The translations under genes and the position numbers were made by a program. Positions 59,804-64,000 of a DNA stretch of 64,000 nucleotides are shown piece after piece. The notes under the pieces were generated by a model, which saw nothing but the letters and a program-made list of their open reading frames with translations, did no database searches and was not told the DNA's origin. Positions within the stretch are counted from its first letter, which is position 1. Each line of letters starts with the position of its first letter. Origin of the DNA: Candidatus Auribacterota bacterium (GTDB lineage Bacteria; Auribacterota; Ancaeobacteria; Ancaeobacterales; Ancaeobacteraceae); the NCBI GenBank assembly GCA_022711655.1, contig JAKLEM010000005.1, positions 4,956-68,955 of the forward strand. The letters run 5' to 3'.

Positions 59804-59857
59804 TCAGCCGTAGGTCTTGAGGCAGACTCTGCTATTCCTCAATATGTTTGTGTGCAT
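59804..59857 (-). pseudogene. miaB: Displaced original miaB 5' end (MHTNILRNSRVCLKTYG*)
   Basis: Reads ATG CAC ACA AAC ATA TTG AGG AAT AGC AGA GTC TGC CTC AAG ACC TAC GGC TG|A. Joined at GGCTG to the miaB body it gives V-x-L-K-T-Y-G-C-Q-M-N, the MiaB N-terminal consensus. Confidence 0.75.
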
Positions 59858-59976
59858 GATGTTATGTAATCATTCTTTAGATATTCATCGGATCCTGCAG
59901 ATGAACGAATCCGACCATGGATAAACCGAAGGACTGAGGAAATTATACAACATACCCTGCGAAAAGTAAGGTTATC

Positions 59977-62900
59977 TTATGCGGCATCGCCCATCGTACG
60001 GGTATTCTCCTTAATGCGTTGGATCTCGTCGCCAAGGGGCTTGGGCAGCGGCGCTAATGCCCCTTCCGATAGCGCCTCCATCCCGTTCGCGATCGCATCC
60101 AAGGTCATTTCCATCCCGATGAGAACCGAACGGCTGACACGCTTCGCTTTCACCATACGCTCGCATTGGCAACGCTCGAGCGCAAGCCGCGATGCCATGA
60201 CAACACGGTCCACCATTGCCAGTGCCGCCGCGCGGTTCGGGTGATCTTTTGCTTCGCGTATCTTCGTACGCGCCGCCTCTGCGCCGTCGACCAGCCTGTT
60301 GAGCGCTGCCTCATCGCCGTTCCTGATCACGCGCGCCAGGATCGAAAGCGGTATCCCGCGGCCGCGCCGCCCCCGCCATTTTCCCCCTTCTTCCTTCATC
60401 AGCTCGGCAAAACGGCCCGCATCCGCGACCTGGCCGTATATCTCGAGCGCAATGTCCCCGCGCTCCCACACCACCTTGCCCTTATGCGAGAACTCCGATT
60501 CGGCGGTGCGCCATTTGCCGCTCACCATTTCGCCTGCGGCATCGGCCATTGGAGATAGTTTAACCTCGGCTCCCGTCTTCTCTTCCTTCAGCATCGTCGG
60601 GTCGCAGGTGAGCAGATCGCAGCCGGGGACGTCCCGCGCTTTGACCTTTACGATACTCACGAGCTCACTTTCCAGCATGCCGGCAAAGGGCACGGCCGGA
60701 CGTGAAACATGTATCGCGCTACGGCCGTCTGCGGTCGTCCTGACCCGCACCAGCGCGGCACCGGCAAGCGTGTGTTCATCGCCATCGACCAACAGCATCA
60801 GCCGCTGGTTCCGGTCCGTCAGCACGCTCGCGATGCCCCTCAACTTGCCGATAGACCGTCCCCATACATTTACCGATTCATGTCCTTGCGCGACCCAGCG
60901 CACGTGATCGATGTTCGCCGTCTCATACGCCTTCATCGTGTAGGACTTACCCCATTGTTCGTAATACGGCTTATTCCATGCGTCCCAGAACGCCTCCTCA
61001 CCCATCGACGTTCGATCCCAGCCCCTCGCGCGCCGGCCGCCGTACGTGCCCTTCAGCGACTCCGTTATCGCCGCTTTCAATAGTTTCACTTCCACTTTGT
61101 ATTCGCAGTCCTTCATCACCTGCATCAACCCATACATCCAGTTTATCCGGTCCGGCCGTGATTCGTCTTCCATCTCTTCAGTTGGCGCCACCTTGAACTC
61201 ATTTTTCAACGCGTCCCTGTATGCAACGTCAATCTCCCTAGCCATTGCACCGGCGTCCGCGTACTCCCTCTCGCACAGTTTCGCAAACACATCCTTCTGA
61301 GCGTACGATACCACCATCAGCTTCTCGATCGCGAGCAGCGCATCCCGGCCCTTCATCCCTTCCAGCAGCGCCGCGTTGGCATCAAGGAATGCGGATGCCT
61401 CTTCGCCATGCGCCGACAGGTGCGCCAGCGCCGCGTACAGCCGGCCGATCTCCATATCGCGCTCATTCACGTCTTCGATCGTCATCATCTCGCGCAGGAT
61501 CTTCCTGAGCGCCTCCTTCCCCCCGTCGCCTGCACGCCACGATACCAGCGTCAGCGGCAGCAGCAGGAACCCTTCGAAATCACTCAACTCTCCTTCCCAA
61601 TATACCGCCTCGCGCGCCAACGTCGTATTCTCTTCGTATATGGCCGCAAGTGACGCTTCCAACCCCTGTAACGACATCCGCCACAGCCCCGCATCGGGAT
61701 GGCTGTCCAGCTTCGCCGGAATCGCCAGATCTCCGGCCTCGAAGGGGCTTCGTTCCTCGTCTTGCTCCGCCGCCCGGTTGATATCCTTGACGATCTCGAC
61801 CAGGCCCTTGCCCTTCAGTCCGCTCTCCTGATACAGATACGCGACATCGTTCAGGGCCTCTTGTATCCGCTTGTCTCCTTGCGCAAGTTCGCGCAACGGT
61901 TCCCACGCCATCATCTCCCTCCCGACCCCCAGCCACGGATAATTACCCGCAAGCCCGCGCCTCAGCTCGCTCTCCATCTCGTTGTTGCCGAGGTCGTCCA
62001 TCAGGAACCGGTAGATCATGCCTTTGCCGTCGATGATCTGTTTCAGAATCTCGGCTGCCGACGGCGCCGAGAAGACCTTTTTCAGGAACTCGTCGTCCTT
62101 CATCTTCTCAACCGTGCCGGGAGGATATTTCCCCAGCCACGTCACGTACTCCACTTCCTTCTTCCCGCCCCCGATCCGCAGCGGCCGGTACTCGGCCTGG
62201 TAGAGCTCCGAGTAGGTGAACGGCAGTTCGGCGAACATCACCGTATCCGCACCCGTCAGCGATATCCCCGTCCCGCCGCTGTCGATACCCGCCACCAAGA
62301 CCTTTAAATTACTCTCTTCTTTGTTGAATGCGATCTTGTGAGACTCCTGCGCATCTTCGCTTACGCCGCCGTACATCTTCTCCGCTTTGCCCAGTTTTTC
62401 CTTCTTCAGCCGCTCGTCTATCGCCTCCTGCAGCCGCTCGACCATCCAGCGGTGCTTCGCGAAGATCAGCACCTTCTTCCCCGCCTTCACGCGCGCCACC
62501 ACCGCATCGGCCAGCCTCCCTATCAGCGGCGACTCCCCCTTTCCGCCCACCATCTTCGGGTCGGCCATCGCCTGCAGGATCATCTCCAGCTGGACCATCG
62601 GGTTGAGCCCTTCTATGTCGAGCTTCTCGTCCTCTTTCGTCGTCCGCAACGCGTTATACCTTTCCGCCCACCCCTTGAAATCGTCGATCATCGACTTGAT
62701 GATCTCTACCTGTTCTTCGCTCAGGTCGTACATCCCTTCTTTTTGCGGCTCAATGTCGACCCTCTTAGGCCGCCACGGCGTTTTGCCGTCGCCGTGGAGT
62801 TTCTCGTCGTACTCGGCGAATACCTCGCTCTGGCGGCGGCGAAGCATGACTTTTGCGAGTTTCTGCTTCAATACAACCAGTCCGCCGATCTTCACCTCTC

Positions 62901-64000
62901 CCCGCCCGACGATAAAGTCCGTCTTGAACTTCTCGAACGACCCCTCGTATTGATCGAGGTACGACAGGAGCGAATACAAATGCTCCGGCTTGTCGTGATA
63001 CGGCGTCCCCGACAGGAGCCACCTTCTCTGCGGCTTGATCTGACGTATCGCCGCCGCCTGCTGGACGGTGTCAGACGGGCTGTCCGCCTTCTGCACCTCA
63101 TCTATGATCGCCAGCTCGATCCCCGGGAAGAGATCTTTTATTTCCTGGCTCTTCCGGATTTCCTGTGGGTAAATTGCTTGTAGTAATGACTTGTTCAAAT
63201 CCTTTAGTTCCTGATCAGTAACGGCATTCGCATCGCGCAGATGACTATCTAAGAGCAGTTGCATATCGTCTGACAGTAGAGACTTAAGCTCATCAGTAGT
63301 AACCCTTTCAGGAAAATCACGCATTCGTAAAACATCATTAAATGCTGCTATAAATGCTTCTTCTGAAACCGTAGATAACTGCTCAGTCTTTAGACCAAGT
63401 TTTTCAAGAATGATTATATCAGCTTTCTTATTGTCTTTAAGTGAGTTACAAAGCAATTGAGCGTTTAAATCACCCACTAAAAAGTCAGAAGACCCTATTT
63501 CCTTTTCACTCCTGCCCCGCAGGAACTCGTAATTCACAATGAGGTAGCGCGCTTTTCCCATCCGCTTCGCGAGTGCATCAAACATCTTCGCGTCCTTCTC
63601 CGCCTCCTTCAGCTCATCGCTGTCGACGATGCAGACTTCTTTGTCTTTGCGCCCGGTAAAGTCCTTGATGATGCTCGCCCAGGTCCGTTTCACGCGGTTC
63701 GGTGTGACGATCAGGACTCGCTTGAGATTCAGCTTCTCCGCAGCAGCAACCGCCTGGAACGTCTTCCTCATCCCCTGCTCGTCCGCGAGGATCGCCTTGT
63801 CGTGCCCGGCAAGGAACTGCGCTCCCCTTCTCTCGTACTCCAGCATCTTCGTTTCAAGGCCATTTACCTTGAACGACCGCACCTGCGCATAGTGCGCGGC
63901 TACCTGCTCGCGGATACGCTTGATGAGCTCTTTTTGCTCCCTATCCCCGCCGGCCTTCTGCAGTTCTGCAAGGGCCTCCTCGAATGCCTGTCCCTGGTCC
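59977..64000 (-). CDS. Very large SNF2-family helicase/ATPase-domain protein, 5' end outside the window
   Basis: ILADEQGMRKT (motif I variant), IIDEVQ (II), LLSGTP (III), MLRRRQ, LIFAKH, GTGISLTGA (V) and YQAEYRPLRIG (VI). I checked that the frame is open from 63882 to 64000, so the protein is over 1340 aa. The C-terminal ~650 aa are unrecognised. Confidence 0.85.
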   Translation of the reverse strand, partial: DQGQAFEEALAELQKAGGDREQKELIKRIREQVAAHYAQVRSFKVNGLETKMLEYERRGAQFLAGHDKAILADEQGMRKTFQAVAAAEKLNLKRVLIVTPNRVKRTWASIIKDFTGRKDKEVCIVDSDELKEAEKDAKMFDALAKRMGKARYLIVNYEFLRGRSEKEIGSSDFLVGDLNAQLLCNSLKDNKKADIIILEKLGLKTEQLSTVSEEAFIAAFNDVLRMRDFPERVTTDELKSLLSDDMQLLLDSHLRDANAVTDQELKDLNKSLLQAIYPQEIRKSQEIKDLFPGIELAIIDEVQKADSPSDTVQQAAAIRQIKPQRRWLLSGTPYHDKPEHLYSLLSYLDQYEGSFEKFKTDFIVGRGEVKIGGLVVLKQKLAKVMLRRRQSEVFAEYDEKLHGDGKTPWRPKRVDIEPQKEGMYDLSEEQVEIIKSMIDDFKGWAERYNALRTTKEDEKLDIEGLNPMVQLEMILQAMADPKMVGGKGESPLIGRLADAVVARVKAGKKVLIFAKHRWMVERLQEAIDERLKKEKLGKAEKMYGGVSEDAQESHKIAFNKEESNLKVLVAGIDSGGTGISLTGADTVMFAELPFTYSELYQAEYRPLRIGGGKKEVEYVTWLGKYPPGTVEKMKDDEFLKKVFSAPSAAEILKQIIDGKGMIYRFLMDDLGNNEMESELRRGLAGNYPWLGVGREMMAWEPLRELAQGDKRIQEALNDVAYLYQESGLKGKGLVEIVKDINRAAEQDEERSPFEAGDLAIPAKLDSHPDAGLWRMSLQGLEASLAAIYEENTTLAREAVYWEGELSDFEGFLLLPLTLVSWRAGDGGKEALRKILREMMTIEDVNERDMEIGRLYAALAHLSAHGEEASAFLDANAALLEGMKGRDALLAIEKLMVVSYAQKDVFAKLCEREYADAGAMAREIDVAYRDALKNEFKVAPTEEMEDESRPDRINWMYGLMQVMKDCEYKVEVKLLKAAITESLKGTYGGRRARGWDRTSMGEEAFWDAWNKPYYEQWGKSYTMKAYETANIDHVRWVAQGHESVNVWGRSIGKLRGIASVLTDRNQRLMLLVDGDEHTLAGAALVRVRTTADGRSAIHVSRPAVPFAGMLESELVSIVKVKARDVPGCDLLTCDPTMLKEEKTGAEVKLSPMADAAGEMVSGKWRTAESEFSHKGKVVWERGDIALEIYGQVADAGRFAELMKEEGGKWRGRRGRGIPLSILARVIRNGDEAALNRLVDGAEAARTKIREAKDHPNRAAALAMVDRVVMASRLALERCQCERMVKAKRVSRSVLIGMEMTLDAIANGMEALSEGALAPLPKPLGDEIQRIKENTRTMGDAA

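Larger units (their letters stand above)
56049..59809 (-). mobile_element. Tandem pair of 1878-bp integrase-less units (Fic + HTH) inserted in the 5' end of miaB
   Basis: Core CAGCC at 56049, 57927 and 59805 (exact 1878-bp period). Two colinear, diverged units, visibly more AT-rich than the flanks. Each unit ends in a miaB-start replacement. Confidence 0.8.

Noticed and set aside
56049-59809. Assembly-collapsed or artefactual duplication, or an IS/composite transposon
   Set aside because: The copies differ by many scattered, mostly synonymous substitutions. There is no transposase and no terminal inverted repeat.
63139-63503. Intein or group I/II intron in the helicase
   Set aside because: There is no N-terminal Cys/Ser block A with a C-terminal His-Asn, no homing endonuclease motif, and the frame is open without needing splicing.

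Overview
A GC-rich diderm bacterial chromosome segment. All ~47 credible genes lie on the minus strand, and the long plus-strand ORFs in the track are antisense shadows. From the left: (1) 1-23.7 kb is a signalling and cell-surface locus. It holds a CAAX protease fragment, a REC-HisKA kinase, an orphan Cache-HAMP-GAF sensor, an exosortase/EpsI/TPR/AsnB module, four glycosyltransferases, a Wzy-like polymerase and a split Wzc. In the position normally held by Wza there is a polysaccharide-export (OPX D1) domain fused to a secretin. Upstream sit a GHKL-like ATPase-TM-TPR fusion and three receiver-containing proteins. (2) 24-56 kb is housekeeping: lepA, rpe, M16 and U32 peptidase families, ruvX, manC, trpDCFBA, rng, radical SAM pair, rodA-mrdA-mreDCB, hflX, miaA, mutLS, a UDK-like protein and miaB. 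Its intergenic spaces carry several families of miniature inverted-repeat elements. (3) 56.0-59.8 kb is two tandem, integrase-less 1878-bp Fic/HTH units inserted into the 5' end of miaB; each unit carries its own replacement miaB start. (4) 60-64 kb is the 3' part of a very large SNF2-like gene with an AT-rich in-frame insertion. The best candidates for undescribed biology are the OPX-secretin export channel and the miaB-targeting mini-island. No rRNA, tRNA, CRISPR array or transposase was seen. All domain calls come from motif recognition by eye; no database search was run.
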